Below are positions 27,818 to 36,455 of a DNA stretch of 64,000 bases, in pieces; position 1 is the stretch's first letter; the number at the start of each line of letters is the position of its first letter. The position numbers and the translations under genes are program-made. Below the pieces are notes generated by a model, which did no database searches, was not told where the DNA came from, and was given only the letters and a program-made list of their open reading frames with translations. The DNA is from an uncultured Nitrospiraceae bacterium (GTDB taxonomy: Bacteria; UBA10199; SBBF01): positions 15,885-79,884 of the forward strand of contig CAZQCI010000001.1 of NCBI GenBank assembly GCA_964592255.1, read 5' to 3'.

Positions 27818-28255
27818 ATGAAAAATAAAATATTAACTCTAACCTCATTAATGGCTTTGTTTGCTTGTGCACCAGCGCCTAAGCAAGGCACCCCTATTTC
27901 ATTCAACCAAATATGTCAAATGGGAGGAAAAACCGTAGAAGTACAAGGCTACATGCGCCTGCCTCCCCGAATGGAATGCCGCTCTTCCAGCTGTCAAGCC
28001 AACCTCTACCCTACCAATATTATTGGACCTCAAGATCCGTTCAGCATCATTTCTTTTGACGTAGGCAAAGGAAAAAATAAAATGGAACTACCTCCGCAAA
28101 ATTATACTTACGAGAGTTTAAAAATTCACGATAGAAACGGAAAGATCATTGGGCATAATCAGCATGCTAAAATCATCGGCCTCGTTGCCAGAACGTATCC
28201 TGGGCAAGCCAATGCCTGCCAGATTTACCTCGATTCGATTGAAGCGATACCTTAA
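27818..28255 (+). CDS. Hypothetical lipoprotein
   Basis: Signal MKNKILTLTSLMALFACAP with lipobox LFAC. Four further Cys residues. 145 aa. Confidence 0.45.
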   Translation: MKNKILTLTSLMALFACAPAPKQGTPISFNQICQMGGKTVEVQGYMRLPPRMECRSSSCQANLYPTNIIGPQDPFSIISFDVGKGKNKMELPPQNYTYESLKIHDRNGKIIGHNQHAKIIGLVARTYPGQANACQIYLDSIEAIP

Positions 28256-28269
28256 GGTATCCGCAATGT

Positions 28270-28986
28270 ATGAAAAAAAAATTTCTACTGCCAGCCATTG
28301 CCTTGATGGTCATACCGGGTTTGTCTTACTCACAAGCTTATTCAGGAACAGCCTGCACCAATGGGGGTAATCCCCTTCTTAAAACACAGCTCAAAGAAGG
28401 AAAAATGGCCGCTATTGAAGGGATTGGTTATGGATATTACCAAAATTGGGCCAGCTCTTACTTAGCCGCCTCAGGTAGCAAGCCTACCAACACAAACTCA
28501 TCTGCCGTAGAAGACCAAGAAAATAATGCCGAAGCCCAAGATAAATGGAGTTGCATGTACGCTCCTTACAATTTGATCGACGGAGACAACAAAACGGCAT
28601 GGTGTGAGGGGAGCAAAACTGAAGGGGTTGGAGAAATCGCGATGGCACGTATCGATTTGGATAAACCCGTTGAAATTGCCGTTGGGTATCAAAAATCTCC
28701 AACAACTTATCAAGCCAATAACCGCCCCAGCAAAATAAAAATTTATGTTCTTGAAGGAGACCAGTGGATGGATGGCCTTACAACAAGTGAAGGGAATAAA
28801 GTTGAAAATCTCACCCTCTTGGCCCAACAAGAAGTAGAATTAAAAGACACAAATGCGTATCAACCCCTTTCAATCCCTTCATTTAAATCGAATGGCAAAA
28901 AAACATTCTTAGCCCTTGAACTTGTTTCTGTGACCAAAGGAACACAATTCAACGACACCTGCATTTCAGAAATTAGAAATAAATAG
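28270..28986 (+). CDS. Hypothetical secreted protein
   Basis: Signal peptide MKKKFLLPAIALMVIPGLSYSQA. 238 aa. No motif recognised. Confidence 0.45.
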   Translation: MKKKFLLPAIALMVIPGLSYSQAYSGTACTNGGNPLLKTQLKEGKMAAIEGIGYGYYQNWASSYLAASGSKPTNTNSSAVEDQENNAEAQDKWSCMYAPYNLIDGDNKTAWCEGSKTEGVGEIAMARIDLDKPVEIAVGYQKSPTTYQANNRPSKIKIYVLEGDQWMDGLTTSEGNKVENLTLLAQQEVELKDTNAYQPLSIPSFKSNGKKTFLALELVSVTKGTQFNDTCISEIRNK

Positions 28987-29011
28987 AATGGATAAGACCC
29001 CTAACAACGTC

Positions 29012-29031
29012 ACCCCGGTGAAAACCGGGGT
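29012..29031. terminator. GC-rich hairpin between convergent genes (candidate bidirectional terminator)
   Basis: ACCCCGG-TGAAAA-CCGGGGT: a 7-bp stem with a 6-nt loop. It lies 25 nt after the plus-strand gene and 85 nt after the murJ stop. Flanking T-tracts are weak. Confidence 0.4.
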
Positions 29032-29115
29032 CCAAGTTAAAGACAAATGAAGTCCGGCTTACGTCCCTACAGAATTTTGCCGGGATAACAACATATGGCG
29101 TTCGCGTAAAATGAA

Positions 29116-30756
29116 TCATCTCAATATCTTTTTCTTAAGTGCTAAGGCTTCCGGAAATTTAAAAAAAGAAGTAAGAGCAAGGTATAGAAAAGTAAACGGA
29201 ATCAAAACAAACATCGCCGTCAGCCACGGATGAAGTTGCGGCATCGGAAACAAGAAGGCCCCTATTTCTCCTCCGGCTAAATCAGTTCCATAAAAAAATG
29301 TTAACATCATTTTGATTCCTAAACTGAGTGCTCCTGCACAAACAGCAGATCCCCATAAGCGAGACAAAAAAGACAAAGAAAGCCCCGTTTTGCCAATACG
29401 CACTGAAAGACGACGACGCAGAAGAAGAAACTCAATCCACGCGGCAAAGCCGGTTGTGGCGGTAATCCCTACCCCTCCCATTTCACGACTTACACCCAAC
29501 ACGCCCGGCAATTTAACCGCTGACCAATAAGCCAGCGCCGCAGTTAAAATCACACGGAGTGCGGCAAAATAAAGAGGTGTTTTTGTGTCTCGCAGAGCAT
29601 AAAACGCCGAAGCATAAAGTCTCCCCATCGTGCTGGCTACAAGGCCACACGTGGAACCCATTAAAAGATACCACAGATAGCGCGTGTCAGAGCTATTGAA
29701 TTTACCAGTTTGAAACAAAGCCCCGCCCACAATATCCCCCAAACAAAACAGACAAACCGTTGAAGGAATGACAAAAAAAGCAATGCGTCTTAAACCATTG
29801 TTAATACGTGCTGCAATTTTTGAAGCAACTTCTTCAGAACTTCCTTGCGAACGCGACATTTCCGGAAGCTCCGCAGCCGATACCGCCATCCCAAAAAGAC
29901 TGATCGGAATTAAATAAAGAGCTTGAGCATACGCAAGCGCTGACAACGCACGTTCCGAAATAAGAGAAGCATACGCCGTATCGATATAAGCACTCACCTG
30001 CACCACGCCACGCCCTAAAACTACAGGCCCAAAACTTTTAAGCACCTGACGAATATGGCGATTTCCCGCTTTTAAATTAGGTTTAAATTGTCCCAACAAA
30101 GAAGAAACAGCAGGCCATTGAATAGCAAATTGCAGTAAGCAACCTACCGCCACGCCATAAGCAGCGCATAGAGCAAGACGTTCTTGAGAAACATGTTTAA
30201 CAAATCCAAAAATAAGCACCGAAAAAATAATTGCCGCATTCCACAACACCGGCGCCATATAAGCGATAAAAAATCGGCGATGACTATTTAAAATACCCAA
30301 GCACCAAGCAGAAAGAACCAGTAGCCCCACTCCCGGAAAAATAATACGAACTAAATTAATCGTCAGAGCTCTGGTTTCACCACTAAAACCGGGAGCTACT
30401 AAATCAATCAGAAGAGGAGTAAAAAAAACTCCCAAACTCACCAAAATTGCCGTTACTAAACTAAGCAAACCAAAAACAGCGTTAGCAACAATATTAGCTT
30501 CCTTCTGATCATCTTTTCCCAGTAGAGAAGCATAGACGGGAATAAAAGAAGCAGACAAAACCCCTTCACCAAAAAGATTTTGAAGAAAATTAGGAATGCG
30601 TAATGCCGCTTTAAAAGCGGCTGAAGCCATTGAGTTGCCCAGATAGTGCGCTAAAACCCGTTCGCGCAATAAACCCATAATGCGTGAAAGAAAAATTCCC
30701 GCACCGACAAAAAAAGCCCCTCGAGAGGAGCTAGAAGATTCTGTAGATTGAGCCAC
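29116..30756 (-). CDS. murJ: Lipid II flippase MurJ (MviN)
   Basis: 546 aa, about 14 TM helices. N-terminus FFVGAGIFLSRIMGLLRERVLAHYLG is typical of MurJ/MOP superfamily flippases. Confidence 0.9.
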   Translation of the reverse strand: MAQSTESSSSSRGAFFVGAGIFLSRIMGLLRERVLAHYLGNSMASAAFKAALRIPNFLQNLFGEGVLSASFIPVYASLLGKDDQKEANIVANAVFGLLSLVTAILVSLGVFFTPLLIDLVAPGFSGETRALTINLVRIIFPGVGLLVLSAWCLGILNSHRRFFIAYMAPVLWNAAIIFSVLIFGFVKHVSQERLALCAAYGVAVGCLLQFAIQWPAVSSLLGQFKPNLKAGNRHIRQVLKSFGPVVLGRGVVQVSAYIDTAYASLISERALSALAYAQALYLIPISLFGMAVSAAELPEMSRSQGSSEEVASKIAARINNGLRRIAFFVIPSTVCLFCLGDIVGGALFQTGKFNSSDTRYLWYLLMGSTCGLVASTMGRLYASAFYALRDTKTPLYFAALRVILTAALAYWSAVKLPGVLGVSREMGGVGITATTGFAAWIEFLLLRRRLSVRIGKTGLSLSFLSRLWGSAVCAGALSLGIKMMLTFFYGTDLAGGEIGAFLFPMPQLHPWLTAMFVLIPFTFLYLALTSFFKFPEALALKKKILR

Positions 30757-30968
30757 AAAAAATCTCTAATGAATTTCAATTATTTTGTCCATGCAAACTA
30801 AGAACAAACTCCTCGTCTCAATAGTGTGACAAAATAAAAAAACTGCCATTTGTTTGACATAAACTTGTTGCGACAATGTGGTTGTACTTTTCTTCACACC
30901 CCTGGTTAAAGCGGACCCATCTTAAATACTGACTTTTTGATTTTAACTTTAACCCTTTAATAGGAGAA

Positions 30969-32219
30969 ATGATGAACCCATTATTATTACCCTTGTTACT
31001 TGTTGCCTGCGGAGGCAAAGACGAAAATCCACATACCGACGATACCGGTTCTGCTGGTAACGACACAGGCTCTATTGATTCACAACCCAATGATAGCGAC
31101 AGCGTGGGAGGAACTGATAGTGATACAGGAACCCCCTCTGTTGATGATAGCAGCGATACTGGAGACAGTGGCGACACCGGAGAAGTCTATACTCCATCCT
31201 GCTTTATCGATGCCTTCACCATGGACACTACCACCGTCACCATCAGCGGTCTTCAACCTCAAGTCAGTAGCTCCGTATGGGACCCTATTTACAACTCCCT
31301 CATCGTCGGTACCGATGAAGACGACACCCTTGGTTCCCAATATGGCTATATTTCTGCCGAAGATCTTGATGCTGGCACGTCAACGGTTCTATTAAGCGAT
31401 GACGAAGCCGCCTTAACATATAATATGAAAGGTCTCGCGACCTATCATACAGACAGCGCTGATGTACTCTTTGCTGTCGAAGGTTCGGAAGGCCATGGCG
31501 CTAGAATCCACACCATTGATATGCAAACCGGCGACTCTTATCTTCAAGAAGATAAAGACGGTGAGATGGATGACAGAAACAATTTGGACAGTGAAACCGC
31601 TGATTTTAAAGAAATAGAAAAAGAAGATTTAGAAAATGATCCCGACTACAAAGCGGGAGCAATGATGCTCGTCGTCTCTCCTGATAAAGATAAGGCTAAC
31701 TTTTATGTGGCGGATACGGCAGAAGATGGATACCAACTGATTGGAAAATATGAAACAACGGTCTTTGATGATAATGGCATCCCCAATGCCCAGCAACTTG
31801 AACTAGTCAAAGAATTCAATCCTGTTGATGACTTTCCTGAATTAACAGAGCAACTCTATGGCCGAAAAATTAGAGGCTTAACTCTTAACGCGGATGGTAC
31901 CCGGTCTGTTTTCTATGGCACCGAAGGGCTCCATAGCGTTTTCGGCACTGAAGAAGGAGATACCGATCACGTTTTTGAAGGATCCCTTGTTCTCCTCTAT
32001 GATAATGATTGGAATCGATTGGATCCACTGGGTGATGCCGATGGCGTCCACTATGATTGGGCAGAAAATGATTCCCAAAATCCGGGAGACTTTGCAACAC
32101 GCATGGTCACTACAGACGAAGATTCGGATGCCAAAGAGGATTATTGTGTCGTTTACACTCCTCTGGATAACACCACAGCAGGAATGGTGGAAATCAGAAG
32201 CACAAAAGTCGATCGTTAG
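30969..32219 (+). CDS. Acidic lipoprotein with a D/T/G/S-rich linker and a beta-rich C-terminal domain
   Basis: Lipobox LLVACGG. Low-complexity stretch DDTGSAGNDTGSIDSQPNDSDSVGGTDSDTGTPSVDDSSDTGDSGDTGE. No catalytic motif recognised. Confidence 0.5.
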   Translation: MMNPLLLPLLLVACGGKDENPHTDDTGSAGNDTGSIDSQPNDSDSVGGTDSDTGTPSVDDSSDTGDSGDTGEVYTPSCFIDAFTMDTTTVTISGLQPQVSSSVWDPIYNSLIVGTDEDDTLGSQYGYISAEDLDAGTSTVLLSDDEAALTYNMKGLATYHTDSADVLFAVEGSEGHGARIHTIDMQTGDSYLQEDKDGEMDDRNNLDSETADFKEIEKEDLENDPDYKAGAMMLVVSPDKDKANFYVADTAEDGYQLIGKYETTVFDDNGIPNAQQLELVKEFNPVDDFPELTEQLYGRKIRGLTLNADGTRSVFYGTEGLHSVFGTEEGDTDHVFEGSLVLLYDNDWNRLDPLGDADGVHYDWAENDSQNPGDFATRMVTTDEDSDAKEDYCVVYTPLDNTTAGMVEIRSTKVDR

Positions 32220-32231
32220 AATGAAATAAGA

Positions 32232-32268
32232 AATCCCCCTTCCTAAAACAGGAAGGGGGATTTTTATT
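32232..32268 (+). terminator. Rho-independent terminator
   Basis: AATCCCCCTTCC-TAAAACA-GGAAGGGGGATT, a 12-bp perfect stem, followed by TTTTATT. It lies 13 nt after the stop of the 30969..32219 gene. Confidence 0.7.
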
Positions 32269-32362
32269 AAACAGTAACCCCACATACCCATTTTCGTCTT
32301 TTCTTGCCTTATTCGTTTTAAACAATTAAGATGTTTGGTTCAACTTTAACCAAAAGGAACCC

Positions 32363-32767
32363 ATGGAAAACAAATTAGCCGTCGGCAAGGAAGTGTTATC
32401 TTATTGTGGTAAATGCAAACTACCCTTAATTCACGTCATCGTAGCCTTGAAAAACCCAACCACTATTGCCACATGCGAATGCAAAACATGCAAAGCGGTT
32501 CATCTGTATCGCGACCCTGTCACAGTGGGAGCCAAGAAAAAAACAACCAAAACTTCAACAAAAAAAGCTCCCGAAAAAGTATGGAGCCCTACCCTTTTTG
32601 AAGGAGGGATTAAACCCAAAACTTATTCCATGAGTGGCTCCTTTAAAGAAGGGGATCTCATTGCCCACCCCACTTTTGGCAAGGGCGTTGTCGAAAAGAT
32701 TCTTCCTCCTAACAAAATGGAAACCCTCTTTGAGCAGGGAATGAAAATCTTGATCTTTGCAGCGTAA
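32363..32767 (+). CDS. Hypothetical zinc-ribbon protein
   Basis: CxxC…CxCxxC cluster (YCGKCKLP…CECKTCKAV), a Lys/Thr-rich linker, and a conserved-looking C-terminal module (GDLIAHPTFGKGVV). Confidence 0.4.
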   Translation: MENKLAVGKEVLSYCGKCKLPLIHVIVALKNPTTIATCECKTCKAVHLYRDPVTVGAKKKTTKTSTKKAPEKVWSPTLFEGGIKPKTYSMSGSFKEGDLIAHPTFGKGVVEKILPPNKMETLFEQGMKILIFAA

Positions 32768-32843
32768 AGACACTTCACGCTTGCCATCATAATGTCACGA
32801 AGTGGTCAATAATTTGACAAGGTTTTAGATTATTGAAGATGGG

Positions 32844-34697
32844 ATGAAAACTTCCCCTATCTTCTTGGCTCTATTTTCACTAGCCCTTTACGGTTGCAGC
32901 GGAAAATCTTCAGACACTCACGACAACGCCATCACCATTGCTCCCTTGGAAAGAACACAAAACCCCAATGGAGGCACAGTGAAAGGGTCATCATCTAACA
33001 CCCCAAATACATCTTCTAATCCAAGCCCTAGTGGAAGCACCTCTGGAAGAGGCGGAAGCACAGGCTCCGAAAGAGATACAGACCCAAGTGGCGGCACAAG
33101 TTCAACCACACCCGAAGAGGAAACCGACACAACACCTCACGTCTCTTCTATTTCGATGGAACGCATCGGACGTTTTTCAACTGGCCTTTTTAATGAAGAT
33201 GCTCAAACGATTTTAGATTACGACTCCATCAATGAACGGGCTTTTGTCATTAATTCCAGCAGCGCTCACCCTTCTGTGTCTGTGCTGGACATGAGTGACC
33301 CGTTAAACATTGTCGAATATAGCGCCCATTCAGCCATCGAGCCGTATTATCCCGGTACAACCCCATTGGGTATTTCAATTTTTAAAACATACATTGCGAT
33401 TTCATACCAAGCTAATCCTAAAACCGATAATGGTTACGTAGTTTTTTACGACTCTAACACTTTTGCCGTATTGGCCAAAGTTACCGTAGGAGCAAATCCA
33501 GACATGATTACTTTTACGCCGGATGGTACTAAAGTTATTGTCGCCAATGAGGGCGAGCCGAGTGACGATTACACGACAGATCCCGTAGGTTCTGTGGGCA
33601 TTATTGAGCTTCCTGATGACATCACCGATTTGAGAAATAGCGATGTAAAAACAGCCAGCTTTACAAGTTTTAATGCTCAAAAAATAATTTTAAAAAACAG
33701 AGGCGTTCATTTTTCAACAACAGGGGCTAGTGTTGCCAAGGATTTAGAACCAGAATACGTTACGGTTTCGGACGATGGAGCCACCGCCTGGGTTGTCTTA
33801 CAAGAAAACAATGCTTTAGCCGTTGTCGATATTAACAGTGCCACCGTTACCAAAATACTTCCCTTGGGTGTAAAAGATTTTAATGACTCTTCTTTAAGCC
33901 ATGGACTTGATCCAAGTGATAAAGATGGCGGGGCCAACATTAACAATTGGCCTGTGTATGGCATGTACCAACCGGATGGTATTGCCAGTTATACCGTAGA
34001 TGGGAACACCTACCTCGTCACCGCTAACGAAGGAGACGGTCGGGATTATACTGGGTTTAGTGAAGAAGCTCGTGTGGAAGACTTAACTCTAGACTCTACG
34101 GCCTTTGCTGCTTATCCCGATCTAGATGATGAAGAAAATTTAGGCCGACTGAAAGTCACCTCTTCCAAAGGAGATACGGATGGAGATGGCGATTATGATG
34201 CTTTGTATTGTTTTGGAACACGCTCCTTTTCTATTTGGTCCAGTGTTGGAGAATTAGTTTATGACAGCGGCGCCGATTTTGAAGAAAAAATTCTAGAAAC
34301 TGCTGGAGAAGATTATTTCAACACAGACTATAATTCTAACGAAGGAGACTCCCGTAGTGATAATAATGGTCCTGAACCGGAACCCCTAACTGTCGGCACC
34401 ATTTATGATAAAACTTATGCTTTCATCGGTATGGATAGAGAAGGAGGAATTATGATCTATGATATCACCACTCCCTCCTCTCCTACTTTTGTGGATTATG
34501 TCCTTAACCGCAATTTCACCGCTGTCCCCTCCGACCGTTTGATCACCAGCGATGATGGAACCAGTGACTTATCTCCAGAAGGGATCCGCTTTATCTCTGC
34601 GGAAGACAGCCCCACCCAAGCTCCGCTTCTTCTTGTCGGTAATTCAGTAAGCGGCTCTACTACGGCCTATGAAATCGACGTGACACTCACGGAATAA
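32844..34697 (+). CDS. Lipoprotein with an S/T/G/P-rich linker and a large beta-propeller-like domain (choice-of-anchor-I/phytase-like repeats)
   Basis: Lipobox LALYGCSG. Linker …SSSNTPNTSSNPSPSGSTSGRGGSTGSERDTDPSGGTSSTTPEEETDTT. Repeated motifs of type LVTANEGDGRDY, VIVANEGEPSDDY and YCFGTRSFSIW. Confidence 0.5.
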   Translation: MKTSPIFLALFSLALYGCSGKSSDTHDNAITIAPLERTQNPNGGTVKGSSSNTPNTSSNPSPSGSTSGRGGSTGSERDTDPSGGTSSTTPEEETDTTPHVSSISMERIGRFSTGLFNEDAQTILDYDSINERAFVINSSSAHPSVSVLDMSDPLNIVEYSAHSAIEPYYPGTTPLGISIFKTYIAISYQANPKTDNGYVVFYDSNTFAVLAKVTVGANPDMITFTPDGTKVIVANEGEPSDDYTTDPVGSVGIIELPDDITDLRNSDVKTASFTSFNAQKIILKNRGVHFSTTGASVAKDLEPEYVTVSDDGATAWVVLQENNALAVVDINSATVTKILPLGVKDFNDSSLSHGLDPSDKDGGANINNWPVYGMYQPDGIASYTVDGNTYLVTANEGDGRDYTGFSEEARVEDLTLDSTAFAAYPDLDDEENLGRLKVTSSKGDTDGDGDYDALYCFGTRSFSIWSSVGELVYDSGADFEEKILETAGEDYFNTDYNSNEGDSRSDNNGPEPEPLTVGTIYDKTYAFIGMDREGGIMIYDITTPSSPTFVDYVLNRNFTAVPSDRLITSDDGTSDLSPEGIRFISAEDSPTQAPLLLVGNSVSGSTTAYEIDVTLTE

Positions 34698-34739
34698 ATT
34701 GAAGAGTCAACGACTAATATAATTGCCAAAATGTAAAAT

Positions 34740-35258
34740 TTGGATTCTAATTCAGGTATGAATAAAATCATCCCTGTACTCATTATATTTTTCCACCTTC
34801 TTTTTAGTTCTATCTCTATGGCAGAGGGCCTATGCACGCCAGAAGAACACACTTATTTTTCTTGTCCCATCAAAAGTGGTAAAACCCTTTCCGTCTGCGG
34901 TCAAAAAACGGCGGACAGCCTTAGCTGGCTGCAATACCGTTTTGGAACAAAACAAAAAATAGAACTAAGCTACCCAACAGATGCAAAAAACATTAAACCG
35001 GGGGAAGTCTTTTCCTTTTCTCATTATATGCGGGGTTCTCCTTTTACTCAAAACGATAATTTAAGTTTTACCAACGGTAGCACAACCTACAATGTCACCG
35101 TAGATTTAGAAGACGCTTCCGTAACCGATGATGGAAAAGAGCTTGTCAAATATGGTGTAGAAATCACCACGACTGAAAAACCAGACAACCCTATTTTTAT
35201 CTCGTGTACCAAACCCGTCACCAATCATTTGGACGAACTACAAGGGCTAATTCCTTAA
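34740..35258 (+). CDS. Hypothetical secreted protein (172 aa) immediately upstream of the Pel-like operon
   Basis: Signal-like N-terminus …MNKIIPVLIIFFHLLFSSISMAEG-LC. The lipobox is atypical. Cys-containing mature N-terminus (CTPEEHTYFSC). Possibly starts at the internal ATG (MNKIIP). Confidence 0.4.
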   Translation: MDSNSGMNKIIPVLIIFFHLLFSSISMAEGLCTPEEHTYFSCPIKSGKTLSVCGQKTADSLSWLQYRFGTKQKIELSYPTDAKNIKPGEVFSFSHYMRGSPFTQNDNLSFTNGSTTYNVTVDLEDASVTDDGKELVKYGVEITTTEKPDNPIFISCTKPVTNHLDELQGLIP

Positions 35259-35268
35259 GGAGAGTACC

Positions 35269-35637
35269 ATGGCGGATGCTAAAACCATTCTTGTTGTAGA
35301 AGATGAATATTTTTTGGCCGAATCTATCAAAGATCGTTTGGAATACTTAGGCTACCAAGTTTTACTGGCAGAACATGGTGAAGCCGCTCTTGAATTATTA
35401 AAAGAAAAAAAATGCAATTTGATTCTCTTAGACATCATCATGCCCGTTTTAGATGGCTGGGATACCCTCAAAGCCATTCGACAAAATTCTCAACTCAAAA
35501 ACTTGCCTGTCATTATGGTTTCAGCCAGAGCTACGGATCAAGACAAAGAAAAATCTCTGGCCTACGGAGCCAATGATCACCTGAACAAACCTTTCTCTTG
35601 GGATGATATGGCAGCCCTCATTAAAAAACACCTATGA
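35269..35637 (+). CDS. Stand-alone response-regulator receiver domain (CheY-like), first gene of the Pel-like operon
   Basis: Acidic pocket VVEDE. Phospho-acceptor D in LILLDIIMP. Conserved S (MVSA) and K (NKPF). 122 aa with no output domain. GGAG RBS. ATGA overlap with the next gene. Confidence 0.8.
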   Translation: MADAKTILVVEDEYFLAESIKDRLEYLGYQVLLAEHGEAALELLKEKKCNLILLDIIMPVLDGWDTLKAIRQNSQLKNLPVIMVSARATDQDKEKSLAYGANDHLNKPFSWDDMAALIKKHL

Positions 35638-36449
35638 GACAATGGCTTCTTGTTTTATGCCTGCTTTTCCTCACATCGTGTTCTTCACGTCTGCATTGGG
35701 TTATTTATTATGGATCCACACCGCCTAGTACACCGCTCAAAAAAGTCGATTGGGCTATTTTAGAACCAGACAATCTCCAGCCTTCTTCACTTAAAAATCC
35801 GAAAATTAAAACGTTAGGTTACATCAGCTTGGGTGAAATTAATAGCTCCCGTTCTTATTGGCCCAAAATTCAAAACTCTTCTTTTATTGTAGAAGAAAAC
35901 CCCAACTGGCCTGGAGCTTACCGTGTAGATATTCGCTCGACGGACTGGCAAGACTTATTGATCCAACAAATTCTTCCTTCCATATTAAATCAAGGATTTG
36001 ATGGTTTTTTCTTAGACACAGTAGATACAGCACTGTATCTGCAAGAAAAAGATCCCGTAAAATATTCACATTCTCAAGAAGCCATGGTGAATTTTATTAA
36101 GAAAATACGTGCTTCTTTTCCCAAAGCCCTCATTGTTCCCAATAATGGTCTCGAAATGCTGCCGGAAATCGGAAAAAATATCGACGCCATATTGGTAGAA
36201 GACCTTTATACCCGTTATGACTTCAACAACAAAACTGTCATCGCCACTCCAACTGAAGTAAGTCTAACCAAGGAAAAAATGTTGGATAAATTTACACACG
36301 ATTTCCACAAGCCCGTATTGGCTTTACTCTATGAAAATTCCACTAATACCCCTCTCACAAAACATGCTATAAGTAAGTGTAAAGAAAAGGATTATAGCTG
36401 GGCTGTCACAACAGTGGATCTGATGCACTGGAACGTGCCTACCCATTAG
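35634..36449 (+). CDS. Lipoprotein TIM-barrel glycoside hydrolase of the GH114/GH166 type (PelA hydrolase-domain-like)
   Basis: Lipobox FLTSCSS. Motif GFDGFFLDTVD is typical of the GH114/TM1410-like endo-alpha-1,4-hexosaminidase fold. 271 aa. 6-nt gap to the next gene. Confidence 0.55.
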   Translation: MRQWLLVLCLLFLTSCSSRLHWVIYYGSTPPSTPLKKVDWAILEPDNLQPSSLKNPKIKTLGYISLGEINSSRSYWPKIQNSSFIVEENPNWPGAYRVDIRSTDWQDLLIQQILPSILNQGFDGFFLDTVDTALYLQEKDPVKYSHSQEAMVNFIKKIRASFPKALIVPNNGLEMLPEIGKNIDAILVEDLYTRYDFNNKTVIATPTEVSLTKEKMLDKFTHDFHKPVLALLYENSTNTPLTKHAISKCKEKDYSWAVTTVDLMHWNVPTH

Positions 36450-36455
36450 CCATTT

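Noticed and set aside
31000-31395. ORFs 31000..31395(+), 31080..31340(-), 31878..32291(-) and 31894..32229(+) overlapping the acidic lipoprotein gene
   Set aside because: They are alternative-frame products of the low-complexity DTGS-rich region. The lipoprotein frame has a lipobox and continuous coding character.
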